Assembly: GCA_044507065.1 (NCBI GenBank)
Contig: JBIQJY010000004.1
Coordinates: forward strand, 44,205-108,204
From: Acidobacteriota bacterium
GTDB lineage: Bacteria > Acidobacteriota > Vicinamibacteria > Vicinamibacterales > SCN-69-37
Direction of reading: 5' to 3'
DNA: 64,000 nt
Shown here: in pieces, positions 1 through 9,548 of the stretch
How positions within the stretch are numbered: position 1 is the stretch's first letter
How the letters are laid out: each line of letters opens with the position of its first letter
Notes under the pieces: generated by a model
The model's database searches: none
What the model was told of the DNA's origin: nothing
The model's input: the letters and a program-made list of their open reading frames with translations, nothing else
Made by a program: the position numbers and the translations under genes

Positions 1-312
1 GCCGGCCGCCGCGGCCGCCTCGATCAGGGCCGCCACGGCGCGCGCGTTCACGGCGCGATAGCGCTCGGCGGGCAGGCCCGCTTCCCGGTACAGCGCCGCG
101 ATGTTGTAGGCGACATCCTGCCCGACCAGCGCGCGGCGCAGGTCATCGTCCGACGTGATGTCGCCGGTCACGATGTCCACACGCCCCTGCAGGTCGGCCG
201 GCACACGCGTGGCGTCGCGGGCGAACACGCGGACGGTGTCGCCATGCCCGAGGAGACGACGCGCCAGGTGCCCCCCGGTGAAGCCGGTAACTCCCGTCAC
301 CAGCGCCTTCAT
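1..312 (-). CDS. NAD-dependent epimerase/dehydratase (SDR family); N-terminal fragment, gene continues past the left edge
   Basis: Absent from the ORF track because it is truncated. Reverse-strand translation from ATG 312..310 reads MKALVTGVTGFTGGHLARRLLGHGDTVRVFARD..., a Rossmann GxxGxxG start typical of sugar-nucleotide epimerases. The ATG overlaps the upstream stop (ATGA at 309..312). Confidence 0.8.
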   Translation of the reverse strand, partial: MKALVTGVTGFTGGHLARRLLGHGDTVRVFARDATRVPADLQGRVDIVTGDITSDDDLRRALVGQDVAYNIAALYREAGLPAERYRAVNARAVAALIEAAAAAG

Positions 313-1073
313 CGCTCCGCCACCATCGTCACCGGTGAGCCGAACAGGCGAAGGGCGCCTGCCGCTTCGAGCGCCCGTTCCACACGGCGCGTGACATCGA
401 AACGATTCGCGGCCTTGTGGAGGGCGATGGGCAGCACGAACTGCCTGCGGACATCGATCACGCGATAGCCATTGGCTGCGAATGCCGCGACCACGTCGCG
501 CTCGGCCATGACGCGATACGCCTCGACACGGCCGCCCAGTTGCCTGCGCGCGCGGCGCACGAGGCTTTCGATTGCAGCAAAACTCGAGGCTGCCGGAAAA
601 TCCACGACCACGCGATGGCGCGAGACGCGGCAGAGTTCGGCGATACACCGACGCCAGTCGATCGCGTGCATGAGTACGCGCAGGCACACGGCGGCGTCCA
701 CGTCGCGGTCGCCAAGCGGCAGTTGATGCGCGTCGGCCACCGCCAGCACGAGCGGCGCATTCGCGTCGACGGCGCGCCGCCGCGCGACGTCCAGCATCTC
801 GATCGACGCATCGAGGCCGATGACCGCCGCGCCGTGCGCCGCCAGGCCGATCGCAGCGCGGCCGGTGCCGGTCCCGACATCCGCGATGCGCTGGCCCACC
901 TGTGGCCGCAGCGCGTCGGCGAGCAGTGCCGCCTGGGACTCGGCGAGGAACCGGCCGACGGCGCCGCTGAAGCGCAGCGCATCGAATCCCTCGGCCACCT
1001 GCTGGTCAGCGTAGTGGGCATAGCTGTAGTGATCGCGCTCGACGGGGGCCGGCGTTCGCGGGTCGAGCGTCAC
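309..1073 (-). CDS. Class I SAM-dependent methyltransferase
   Basis: 254-aa ORF with SAM-binding motif I (RIADVGTGTGRAAIGLA) followed by an acidic loop (IGLDAS). The GTG start overlaps the stop of the upstream GT4 (GTGA at 1070..1073). Confidence 0.85.
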   Translation of the reverse strand: MTLDPRTPAPVERDHYSYAHYADQQVAEGFDALRFSGAVGRFLAESQAALLADALRPQVGQRIADVGTGTGRAAIGLAAHGAAVIGLDASIEMLDVARRRAVDANAPLVLAVADAHQLPLGDRDVDAAVCLRVLMHAIDWRRCIAELCRVSRHRVVVDFPAASSFAAIESLVRRARRQLGGRVEAYRVMAERDVVAAFAANGYRVIDVRRQFVLPIALHKAANRFDVTRRVERALEAAGALRLFGSPVTMVAER

Positions 1074-2266
1074 GTCGGCTCTCCCTGCGTCAGGCTGTCA
1101 CGCCCGAAGAGCAGGTCCACCGCACGCCGCGTCTTGGCCATGTAGGCCTCTTCGCTGTATTCGGTGGCGGCCATCCGCGCCGCGCGCTCACCCACCCTGC
1201 GGGCGAGATCCGGGTCGGCCATGACCGACAGGATGGCTCGAGCCATGGCGCGTGGCGTCGGATCGGCAAGCACGGCCGTGTCGTCCGAGAGCACCTGCGT
1301 GTGTGTGCGCAGGTTGGTGGCGACAATCGGGCGGCCCGATCGGAGGTACTGATAGATCTTGAGCGGCGTGTTCGTGCCCGTCGAGCGCGGCGAGACGAGC
1401 ACGGTCGCCGCGTCGAGATACGCCGGGATCTCTTCGGCGGGCCGTTGACCGGTGAAGATGACCACGTCGGCAAGCCGAAGCGCCTCGACTTCGCGGCGCG
1501 CCTTCTGCACCTGCGTGTCGGTGCCGCCCACCATCACGAGGCGTGCGTCGGGACGCTCGTGACACACCTCCGCCATCGCGGCATAAAGCAGGTCGAGCCC
1601 CTGGTAGTGTTCGAAGGTGCCGGTGTAGAGCGCCACCGGCGTCCCGGCGTCGATGCCGAGCGAGGCCCGCACCGCCAGGCCGGATCCGGCCGTGGGGGCA
1701 TCACCGGAACCGGGCGCGTTCTCGATGAGCACCGTGGCGACATCCGGCCGCACCCGTCGCGCCGTGTCGGCCAGGTCCGCGCAGATCACGATGACCACGC
1801 GCGAGCCGTTGATCATGCGGCGCTCGAGCCAGCCGAGGATCGCCGCCAGTCCGGGCATCCCCGTATACCCGAAGTTCGAGACCTGTTGCGGCAGGCTCGA
1901 GTGCATGTCGTACAGGTGCGGCACACCGAGGATCCGGGCGAGCATCACGCCGATGCCGCCGCCTTCTTCGTGCGAGTGCACCGCGTCGTAGCGGCCCGAC
2001 AACGCGCGGCGGATGGCCGTGAACGTGAGCATGATATTGAGTGGAACCTTCGTCCACGACGGACCGATGCCCACACGCGTGATGCCCGGCGGCCGCAGCG
2101 ACCGGAATATACGGAGCCCGGGCAGGTCGACGTCGCGGCCGAACGGGTACGTCACGAGATCGACGGTGTGTCCGAGCGACGTGAGCGCCCGGATGCGGTG
2201 ATACTCGGAGAACGGAGTGCCCCGGGGCTCGAAGAAGGGCTCCGGCGCGATCATCAGGATGTGCAT
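1070..2266 (-). CDS. Glycosyltransferase family 4 (GT-B fold)
   Basis: Start most likely at MHILMIAPEPFFEPRGTPFSEY (ATG 2266). The C-terminal half has the GT4 pattern (VLVSPRSTGTNTPLKIYQYL). The track ORF extends to 2305. Confidence 0.85.
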   Translation of the reverse strand: MHILMIAPEPFFEPRGTPFSEYHRIRALTSLGHTVDLVTYPFGRDVDLPGLRIFRSLRPPGITRVGIGPSWTKVPLNIMLTFTAIRRALSGRYDAVHSHEEGGGIGVMLARILGVPHLYDMHSSLPQQVSNFGYTGMPGLAAILGWLERRMINGSRVVIVICADLADTARRVRPDVATVLIENAPGSGDAPTAGSGLAVRASLGIDAGTPVALYTGTFEHYQGLDLLYAAMAEVCHERPDARLVMVGGTDTQVQKARREVEALRLADVVIFTGQRPAEEIPAYLDAATVLVSPRSTGTNTPLKIYQYLRSGRPIVATNLRTHTQVLSDDTAVLADPTPRAMARAILSVMADPDLARRVGERAARMAATEYSEEAYMAKTRRAVDLLFGRDSLTQGEPT

Positions 2267-2347
2267 GCGCGGCGACCCGCAGACCAGGTGTCGCGGACGG
2301 TACATGCTACACTACGCCGCCCGACGCCGAGGGCACACGCAACCGAA

Positions 2348-3349
2348 GTGACCGACACTCACCCACCCGCCGGCTTCGGCCGCCGCCACGCGTTCTCGTT
2401 CCTGAAGATTGCCGTCAGTGTCGGCCTGCTCTGGGTCCTGCTGGCCAACGTCGATCTCGGTCGACTGTGGCAGGTCACCCGCACGGCGTCGCCGGTATGG
2501 GTGGCCACGGCGGTGGGCGTCTATCTCGGCATGTTCCTGATCAGTTCGTGGCGCTGGCGGCTGTTGCTGCGCGCGCAGCACGCGATGCTGCCCTTCGGCC
2601 GCCTGCTCGCGTCGTTTCTCGTCGGATCGTTCTTCAACAACTTCCTGCCGTCGAACATCGGCGGCGACGTGGTTCGCATTACGGACACGGCCCGCGCGGC
2701 CGGGTCGAAGACCGTGGCGACAACCATCGTGCTCGTCGACCGGGGGCTCGGCCTGCTCGGCCTGATCCTGGTGGCGGCAATCGGCGCGAGCACGGCGGCG
2801 GCACGCACCGGCGCCGGCCAATTGGTTGGCCCGGGCGTATTGTGGCTGGCGTTCGTCCTCGGCACGGGTGCCGTGCTGCTGGTGGTGACGGCGCCATCCA
2901 CCGTGACCTGGCTGCTGCGTCCGCTCGAAATGCTCCACCGTGACTGGGTGCGCGAGCGGGTGCTGCGACTGACCACGGCGCTGGCCAGGTTTCGCGACAC
3001 CGGCGGCGCGCTCGCGGGATGTTTCCTCGGCGGCGTGCTGGTCCAGGCACTGCTCGTCGGCTTTTACGTGGCCATCGCGCGCGCGCTCGCCATTCCCATC
3101 TCCACGGCTCACCTGGCCGTCCTGATTCCCTTGTCCTTCATCGTCCAGATGGTGCCGGTGTCGGTCAACGGGTTTGGCGTGCGAGAGGCGACTTTCACGC
3201 TGTACTTCGCCCGGCTGGGCCTGCGCGCCGAGTCCGCGCTGGCGCTGTCACTGGTCGGGGCGTCGCTCATCCTGATCTTCTCGCTCGCGGGCGCCGTCAT
3301 TCACCTCACCCGTCGCCGCCACGGGGACGTTCCCGTCATTCCGGCGTGA
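2348..3349 (+). CDS. UPF0104 / MprF-flippase-like (LPG_synthase_TM) membrane protein, paralogue 1
   Basis: This is the C-terminal third of track ORF 1301..3349; the part upstream of about 2348 is antisense to the GT4. Sequence FSFLKIAVSVGLLWVLLANVDL...WRWRLLL...FFNNFLPSNIGGDVVRI is the family signature. Multiple TM helices. GTG 2348 is the proposed start and is uncertain. Confidence 0.72.
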   Translation: MTDTHPPAGFGRRHAFSFLKIAVSVGLLWVLLANVDLGRLWQVTRTASPVWVATAVGVYLGMFLISSWRWRLLLRAQHAMLPFGRLLASFLVGSFFNNFLPSNIGGDVVRITDTARAAGSKTVATTIVLVDRGLGLLGLILVAAIGASTAAARTGAGQLVGPGVLWLAFVLGTGAVLLVVTAPSTVTWLLRPLEMLHRDWVRERVLRLTTALARFRDTGGALAGCFLGGVLVQALLVGFYVAIARALAIPISTAHLAVLIPLSFIVQMVPVSVNGFGVREATFTLYFARLGLRAESALALSLVGASLILIFSLAGAVIHLTRRRHGDVPVIPA

Positions 3350-5000
3350 CGCGATCGGGATATCCCGCGATTTCGAACAACCAGTCCGTCTCCGTCTGCA
3401 CGATCGGCTGCAGGTAGTCCGCGTAGCGGGCCATGCGCTCCTCGAGCACCGCGCGCGCCTCCGGGTTGTAGGTATCCACGTGCCACAGGACGTAGCGGAC
3501 GCCACGCTCCCGCATGATCTCGAACGATGCCGGATCCGGAAAACCGTTGATGGGCAGCGCGATCTGGCGGAAGTCGGCCGGGATGAGATCGCTGTAGCCG
3601 TTGACGAGCGGCTGCCAGTGGTAGGTGGACCAGTACATCGCGTGCGCGTGGTTGTGGAAGTTGGAGGACACGTACGGAAACGGATACTCGACCAGTGGCG
3701 CGCGCGGCAGCTCGGCAAGGCGCTGGTAGGCCGGCGACAGCGGCGCCGTCGTTCGAAGCGGCCAGGACGGCCAGCCCCACTCGGTCGTCGTCACGCCCAG
3801 CTCGCATACCAGGACGACAACGAGCACGGCAGGCAGCCAGCGCCAGCGGCGCGCGAGGTGAGCGACGCTGTAGCCGGCCATGATCGCAAGGGCAAAGGTG
3901 ACAACGATGCCGAGCCGTGAGGGTGCACGCAACATGGAGAGACCCGGCACCGTGTGGAACAGCACCAGATACAGTCCGCCCTGCGGCCCGAACGACGCCC
4001 ACACGCTCGCAATCGCCACGGCGCCGTAGACTGCGACCACGCGGCGGCGGCCCGGATCGGACCGTGTCAATCGCAGCGCCAGCCCCGCAAACAGCAGCAG
4101 CGCAGCGCCCGGAAACAACACTTCGCTCCAGGGTTGCCAACGCCCAAGCGCGGGCAGCCACCACTGGTGCGCAAACGTCGGCGAGGCGAAGTAGGCCGAC
4201 AGGTTCGCCGAGTAGTTCGCCGCGTCCTGCGCGTCCCACGGCCGGACGTCGGCCCCCGACGCGGCACGTGCCGCGGAAAACGCGCCGAACACGGGAGCGA
4301 CCAGGATACTGGCCATCAACAGGGCCACCGCAAGTCCAACCCAGTACGCGCGCCGGCGCTGTGCGAACAGCAGCGAGACGAGGCCCAGCACGCACCCGGC
4401 AAACAGTCCGTAGTAGCCGCACGCGAGGGCGGCCACGGCCAGCGACGCCCCCAACTGCACTCCGCGCCATGCGCCGGGCCGCTCGGCCATGCGGTGGAAC
4501 GCCAGCAGGACGAGCGGAAACACGAAGATCATCAGCAGCTGGATGTGCGGCGTCCGCGCGGCCACGTACGGACAGAACGTGAAGGCCGTGGCCGAGACCA
4601 GGCCCGCCGCGTCAGACTCCGTCAGGCGCCGGACGAGCGTCCACATCAGCACGAACGCCAGCACGAGCCCGGTCGCCGCCGCGCCGTTGTAGGCGGCAAG
4701 CGGGCTGCCGGTTGCGGCATACCACGGCAGTCCGAGCAGCCCGGCCACGAGGTTCAGTTCCGAGTACGCCAGCGTGCCGGTGTGCGGATGAAAGATGTTG
4801 GCGTCGAAGACCGACGCCGACGGACTCAGCAGCGCGTGGCCGATCCACGCGACGTTCCAGATGCCGTGCCGCCCGTCGTTCGTATCCAGGCGGCCTGCCG
4901 TCGTGAGGCCGGTGATGGTCGGGGTCGTCATGACGAAGACGAGCCCTGCACCGATGAGGGACGCGCGAACCCACGCACGCAGGCCGGCTGCTGCGGCCAC
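3336..5000 (-). CDS. Polytopic membrane protein, GT-C-like glycosyltransferase candidate, with C-terminal periplasmic domain
   Basis: 554 aa with about 11-13 hydrophobic helices. Acidic first loop (RLDTNDGRHGIWNVAW). Soluble roughly 130-aa C-terminal domain. Sits directly downstream of another GT-C gene. Confidence 0.55.
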   Translation of the reverse strand: MAAAAGLRAWVRASLIGAGLVFVMTTPTITGLTTAGRLDTNDGRHGIWNVAWIGHALLSPSASVFDANIFHPHTGTLAYSELNLVAGLLGLPWYAATGSPLAAYNGAAATGLVLAFVLMWTLVRRLTESDAAGLVSATAFTFCPYVAARTPHIQLLMIFVFPLVLLAFHRMAERPGAWRGVQLGASLAVAALACGYYGLFAGCVLGLVSLLFAQRRRAYWVGLAVALLMASILVAPVFGAFSAARAASGADVRPWDAQDAANYSANLSAYFASPTFAHQWWLPALGRWQPWSEVLFPGAALLLFAGLALRLTRSDPGRRRVVAVYGAVAIASVWASFGPQGGLYLVLFHTVPGLSMLRAPSRLGIVVTFALAIMAGYSVAHLARRWRWLPAVLVVVLVCELGVTTTEWGWPSWPLRTTAPLSPAYQRLAELPRAPLVEYPFPYVSSNFHNHAHAMYWSTYHWQPLVNGYSDLIPADFRQIALPINGFPDPASFEIMRERGVRYVLWHVDTYNPEARAVLEERMARYADYLQPIVQTETDWLFEIAGYPDRVTPE

Positions 5001-5007
5001 GACGCGG

Positions 5008-6900
5008 CTACTCCAGGATGATCGGCATCACGCGGACGCCGAGAAAGCGGCGATCGCCCGATCCCTCGGTCAGCGCGGGCACGAACCCCGTGCTGCTCGA
5101 CAGTTCGAGAATCCAGTTGTAGGCGGGCGTCTCACGGTCGTGCTTGTACGGGAACCCTGCGCCCAGCGCGAGCTGCACGGTCGACGACTGTCCCGCCGCC
5201 AGGTGCATCGAGGTCCTGCGGCCGTTGATGCCCACGGTAGCCGTTGTCGCGCGCGGGCCGGCCGTGAGTGTCACGCCCAGACGACGGTAGGGCCGGTCGG
5301 TCTTGACGAGCACCTGCGTACTCGACTCACCGCGCGTCCAGAAACTCAGCCCGTCTGCTTCCTGGAGGTAGGCATTGTCGTCGAGATAGTAGATCTGGAA
5401 ACCGGGATCGCCGGCGCCGCTGTTGCCGTACCAGATGCGCACACGCGAGGTGTCCGTGTTGATGGGCAGGTCGTTGACGTTGGTCAACTCGACCGGCAGC
5501 CAGCGGAACGGCCCGCTCTTCGAGTGATCCCCGGGACGGATCGACGTCTGGAATGGCGTGAGAACCAGCTTGCCGACGAACAGTCCGCCCACGAGCCACG
5601 GCAGCGCGAGCCACCGCGTTCCCGCCATGGCGGGGAGCAGGAATGCGCAGGCCCCGTAGGCACCCATGAAGTAGCGATTGCCGACCGACCCGCCGCCGCC
5701 GAAATACGTGTACGGCGTTGCGACAACGAACGTCAGCATCTGCAGGACGACGCCGCCGAGCGCGAACCATTGCCAGGCCGCGCTCCGGCGCCAACCAGCC
5801 GCGAGCGCGCCCACGGCAAAGAGCACCGGGACGTAGTAGGCCACCAGGCCCGAGTTGCGGCCGACGATGAAATACCGCAGGTTGGCGCCGAGATTCGTCC
5901 AGAAGACCTCGCGATCGAAGATCACGTTCCCCATGGCGTCGTTGCGCCCGCGGTCGGCGCAGACCTCAACGCCCGTTCCCGGTTCCTGCAGCGGATAGGG
6001 TCCGTAGCAGGTGGCCCGATCGCCGCCCTGATAGTTCCACTCGCCGCTCGAGGCGACGTTGATGCCGAAGGCCGTGCCACCGACGATGCCGGCAATGCCC
6101 AGCACGGCGAGACCGCGTCGCCAGTCGCGCGTCCATGCCAGCCAGGCGAGCATCGGCAGCAGCAGCAGGATGTTGGTGACCTTCGAAAACGTGAGGAGTC
6201 CGATGAGCGCCGCCGCGAGGCCATCGGTCCACGACCGCCGCAGCCACGCCGTCGAGCGGCCGGACGCGTCGGGGCTCACCGCCTTGTAGAGCCACAGGAA
6301 ATACGCGATCGTGCCGATCGACCAGTTGAACAACTCGGGCGTCGTCCACACGAAATACACGGGGACGACCGAGGCGAACACGAACGCGCCGGCCCAGAGC
6401 ACGCCCACCAGGGGCCCGGATCGTGCGCTGGTGAAGATGTAGACCGCAAAGAACCCGCCCCAGAGCAGGAGCGCGTTTGCCGCCAGGAACCCGTTCGTGC
6501 CGAGTACTTTCACGAACGGGGCCGCCATGAGCGGATAGGCGTACGACTTGCCGAAGTACAGCCGCGATGTGTCCCGATCGGGAACGCCCGGGAACTCGAC
6601 GAAGGGCGGACGCGCGGTGAGCCGGAAACCGGTCACGTCGGTGCCGCGCTTCAGGAAGATGCCCGACGGTCCGGACTCGAACTCGCGGAAGCCGCGCTCG
6701 AGGTCTTCGCGCCGGTACTCGAGATCGCCGTCCTCGGCCAGGCTGTAGGCCATCAGGTAGTAGGTGGCCTCGTCACTCTGGATGCCAACGGCCGCGGTCT
6801 TGAAGTCCACCGACAGTGCGAGACCGCCGTAGATCGCGAGGATGACCAGCGACGCGATCCAGCCGATCCGTCGCTGCAGCTGCCGATCCTGCTCGATCAC
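5008..6900 (-). CDS. GT-C glycosyltransferase (ArnT/PMT-like, GT39/GT83-type)
   Basis: 630 aa. The first extracytoplasmic loop carries a DE motif (GIQSDEATYYLMAYSLAEDGD) like ArnT/PMT enzymes. Many TM helices, then a roughly 180-aa C-terminal soluble domain. The GTG start overlaps the GT4 stop (GTGA at 6897..6900). Confidence 0.7.
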   Translation of the reverse strand: MIEQDRQLQRRIGWIASLVILAIYGGLALSVDFKTAAVGIQSDEATYYLMAYSLAEDGDLEYRREDLERGFREFESGPSGIFLKRGTDVTGFRLTARPPFVEFPGVPDRDTSRLYFGKSYAYPLMAAPFVKVLGTNGFLAANALLLWGGFFAVYIFTSARSGPLVGVLWAGAFVFASVVPVYFVWTTPELFNWSIGTIAYFLWLYKAVSPDASGRSTAWLRRSWTDGLAAALIGLLTFSKVTNILLLLPMLAWLAWTRDWRRGLAVLGIAGIVGGTAFGINVASSGEWNYQGGDRATCYGPYPLQEPGTGVEVCADRGRNDAMGNVIFDREVFWTNLGANLRYFIVGRNSGLVAYYVPVLFAVGALAAGWRRSAAWQWFALGGVVLQMLTFVVATPYTYFGGGGSVGNRYFMGAYGACAFLLPAMAGTRWLALPWLVGGLFVGKLVLTPFQTSIRPGDHSKSGPFRWLPVELTNVNDLPINTDTSRVRIWYGNSGAGDPGFQIYYLDDNAYLQEADGLSFWTRGESSTQVLVKTDRPYRRLGVTLTAGPRATTATVGINGRRTSMHLAAGQSSTVQLALGAGFPYKHDRETPAYNWILELSSSTGFVPALTEGSGDRRFLGVRVMPIILE

Positions 6901-8102
6901 ACCGTCGCCTTGTCGGTCAGGAACGCCAGGTCGGCGAGGCCCGCAACGTCGCGGCGGCGCGGGCGCGATTCGCGGACAAGGACGTCGTAGAGCCGTTCCA
7001 TCTTGCGCACGAACGCGCCGATGTCGAACGCATCTGCGGTCCGTCGCGCCCCGGCAGCCAGCCGGGCCCGAGCGGCCGGGTCATCGATGGCCTCGACGAT
7101 GGCGCGGGCCAGCGCCGGCGCGTCGCGCCGCGGCACCACGAGCGCGTTCTCGTTGTGGCGCAGGACCTCGGACAACCCGTCCGCGTCGGTGGCAACGATG
7201 GGCCGCGAGGCGGCCATGGCCTCGAAGACCGTGAGCGGCGTGCCTTCCCACAGCGACGGAAACACCGACAGGTCGAATGCCCAGAGCGCCGCCGGGACGT
7301 CCTTGACGAATCCGGCAAAGCTGAACCGGTGGGCAACGCCGAGTTCTGCGGCCAGCGCCTCGAGCGACTCGCGCAGCGGTCCTTCCCCGTACACCACGAA
7401 ACGCGCGTGGGGCCTCTCGTCGAGCACGAGCCGGGCCGCGCGGACCAGGTACTCGTTGCCCTTCGAGTCGTGCAGGCGCGTGACCGACCCGACGATGAAG
7501 TCGTCGTCGGCGGCCCCGAGTGCCGCGCGGGTGGCCGCGCGGTCGTCGGCGGGCCGGGGCTGGCTGAACTCGTCCAGCGGCGCGCCGAGATAGACCACCT
7601 TCACCCGTTCGGGGCGCACGAGCCGCGCGTCGATGACAAACCGCGCCGTGCTCTCGGATACGGCCAGGGCGACGTCGGTGAACGGCTCGAGCAGCCGATC
7701 GGCGACCTTCTGGAACCACGGCGTGGACGTGAGGTTGGCATGCTCGTGGAGCACGACGGGCAGGCGGCGCCGTGCGGCCGCCAGCCGCCCGAACGTCGTG
7801 GCCCCATAGCCATGGAGGTGCAGGACGTCGACCCGCCTGGCGTCGATGATCCGCAGCAGTGCCGGCAGCGTGGACGGGTCGAACCGGCCCTTCTCGAGAT
7901 AGGTGATGTCGATGCCGAGCGCGTCGAGCGTTTCCTCGGACAGGTCGCGCCGGCGGAGACTGACGAGCGACACCTGGTACCGCTCCGGGTCGAACCGCGG
8001 GATCATCCAGCCGAACAGGCGTTTGACGCCGTGCATCCGGGAGCCCTCCCAGCCCAGATGGTCGCAGACGTGGAGGATGTGGAGACGACGGTCGGTGGAC
8101 AT
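6897..8102 (-). CDS. Glycosyltransferase family 4
   Basis: Likely start MSTDRRLHILHVCDHLGWEGSRMHG (ATG 8102; track ORF runs to 8159). The C-terminus has the GT4 E-x7-E-type region (FPSLWEGTPLTVFEAMAASRPIVATD). Confidence 0.85.
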   Translation of the reverse strand: MSTDRRLHILHVCDHLGWEGSRMHGVKRLFGWMIPRFDPERYQVSLVSLRRRDLSEETLDALGIDITYLEKGRFDPSTLPALLRIIDARRVDVLHLHGYGATTFGRLAAARRRLPVVLHEHANLTSTPWFQKVADRLLEPFTDVALAVSESTARFVIDARLVRPERVKVVYLGAPLDEFSQPRPADDRAATRAALGAADDDFIVGSVTRLHDSKGNEYLVRAARLVLDERPHARFVVYGEGPLRESLEALAAELGVAHRFSFAGFVKDVPAALWAFDLSVFPSLWEGTPLTVFEAMAASRPIVATDADGLSEVLRHNENALVVPRRDAPALARAIVEAIDDPAARARLAAGARRTADAFDIGAFVRKMERLYDVLVRESRPRRRDVAGLADLAFLTDKATV

Positions 8103-8244
8103 GACTTCGGGATATCGTGCGGACGGGTCGATTCTAGCGGGCGGGTGGCGATGTATCAAACAAAAGCGCCCCGCCCCCTACAGCCCTCAGCGACGGGGGC
8201 CGATAGGAAGATAAGTCGTTTCGCACGTAAGGGGTGCGCTGGTT

Positions 8245-9387
8245 ATGAAGAACGTTCAGTCAATGACCCGGATTCCGGCCCTGATTGCGGCGCTTGCCGT
8301 CCTCGCAGCGGTCGGTTGTGAGCGCACGAAAAGCGCCACGCCTCTCAGCCCGTCGCTTGCGGGCCCCATTGCCGGCGTGGTCATCACGCCGCCGGCGCCC
8401 ATGCAGCCGCTGGCCGGTCAGCAAATCAAGGATACGGAACAGCCCGTCACCTTGACGTTCGCCAACGCCGACAGCAACAGCGTCCGTCCCTTCACGCTCC
8501 TCCTGCAGATCGCGACCGACGCGGCGTTCACGACGGTCGTGTACGCGCAGTCCGGCATCGCGCCCTCCGAGGAAGGGGTCAATCGCTTCATCCTGCCCGC
8601 CAAGCTCGCTCCCGGTCGCACGTATTACTGGCGGACGCGGGCCGAGGACGGCGCGAACTCCAGCGACTGGTCGGATCCGGTCGCCTTCGAAATTCTCCAG
8701 CCGATCGTCATCGGCGTGCCCGAGCCGTTGTCGCCCATCGGGGGCGCGCGTGTGCTGACCAACACGCCCCTGCTACGGGTGCGCAATGGCGCATCGTCGG
8801 GGCCGCACGGTCCGCTCGCCTACCACTTCCAGGGATCGCTCACGCCGGGATTCAGTTCGACGGTGGCAAACGTCCAGGTGCCGCAGGGATCGGGCGAGAC
8901 GGTCTACACGGTGCCCGGGTCTCCGGCGCCCGACACGTTCGTCTACTGGCGCGTGCGCATCACCGACGGTGAGAACACCGGCGCGTGGTCCCGCATCGAG
9001 TCGTACATGACGCCGTCTGCCGCGCCGGCGCCAGGCCCGTCGCCCGGGCCGACCAACCCAGGCGCGCCGTGCGTGTCGAGTTCTCCGGAGGCCATCGTCG
9101 CCTGCGAGCGCGCGAAGTTCGGGCACATGTCGAACAGCCAGATGCTGACCTTCATGCGCGCGGTCGCGCGGTCGCTCAACAGCAACGGCATCGCCGGCGG
9201 TCCGTTCGGCATCCTGCGCAAGGCCGGCGGGCACAACTGCGGCGGCTACTCCTGCGACATCATCTGCGCAGGCAATGGTGGCAACCAGCGCCAGTGGGAC
9301 GTGCTGGGTGACATCGACGGCGCCCAGTCGCCGGGCTGGAGCGGACCACTCGGGTCAATCCGCGCCGACGTCTGCGAGGTTCAGTAA
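8245..9387 (+). CDS. Lipoprotein of unknown function: two FN3-like modules, a Pro/Ser/Ala linker and a Cys-rich C-terminal domain
   Basis: Signal peptide plus lipobox (LAVLAAVGC). Repeated module ends YYWRTRAEDGANSSDWSDPVAF and VYWRVRITDGENTGAWSRIESY. Linker TPSAAPAPGPSPGPTNPGAP. The C-terminal roughly 100 aa has 6 Cys (CGGYSCDIIC...). Confidence 0.7.
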   Translation: MKNVQSMTRIPALIAALAVLAAVGCERTKSATPLSPSLAGPIAGVVITPPAPMQPLAGQQIKDTEQPVTLTFANADSNSVRPFTLLLQIATDAAFTTVVYAQSGIAPSEEGVNRFILPAKLAPGRTYYWRTRAEDGANSSDWSDPVAFEILQPIVIGVPEPLSPIGGARVLTNTPLLRVRNGASSGPHGPLAYHFQGSLTPGFSSTVANVQVPQGSGETVYTVPGSPAPDTFVYWRVRITDGENTGAWSRIESYMTPSAAPAPGPSPGPTNPGAPCVSSSPEAIVACERAKFGHMSNSQMLTFMRAVARSLNSNGIAGGPFGILRKAGGHNCGGYSCDIICAGNGGNQRQWDVLGDIDGAQSPGWSGPLGSIRADVCEVQ

Positions 9388-9393
9388 GCATCG

Positions 9394-9424
9394 CGACGGG
9401 GCCTTCGGGCCCCGTCGTCGTTTC
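9394..9424 (+). terminator. Rho-independent terminator after lipoprotein A
   Basis: Perfect 10-bp stem CGACGGGGCC / GGCCCCGTCG with a TTCG tetraloop, followed by TCGTTTC. Lies 7 nt after the TAA stop. Confidence 0.65.
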
Positions 9425-9548
9425 GCGCCGGCCGGGCGACTTTTTCCGTCCAGCACGGTGGTCCGGCGGCGGCGAAATCAGGTACCATACGCCGCTGAGT
9501 TTTCTGTCACCTTCATCACACCCCTTTTGGTTTTGGAGCGAGTTTCAC

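Noticed and set aside
1301-2347. N-terminal two-thirds of the 682-aa + strand ORF 1301..3349
   Set aside because: This part is antisense to the well-supported GT4 gene and is Arg/His/Asp-rich. Only the part from about 2348 onward shows the UPF0104 membrane-protein signature.
4795-6990. 731-aa + strand ORF, and the similar 355-aa ORF 3954..5021
   Set aside because: Both are antisense to the two GT-C membrane-protein genes, with low-complexity Arg/Glu/Asp/Pro-rich composition. The reverse-strand products have coherent TM topology.
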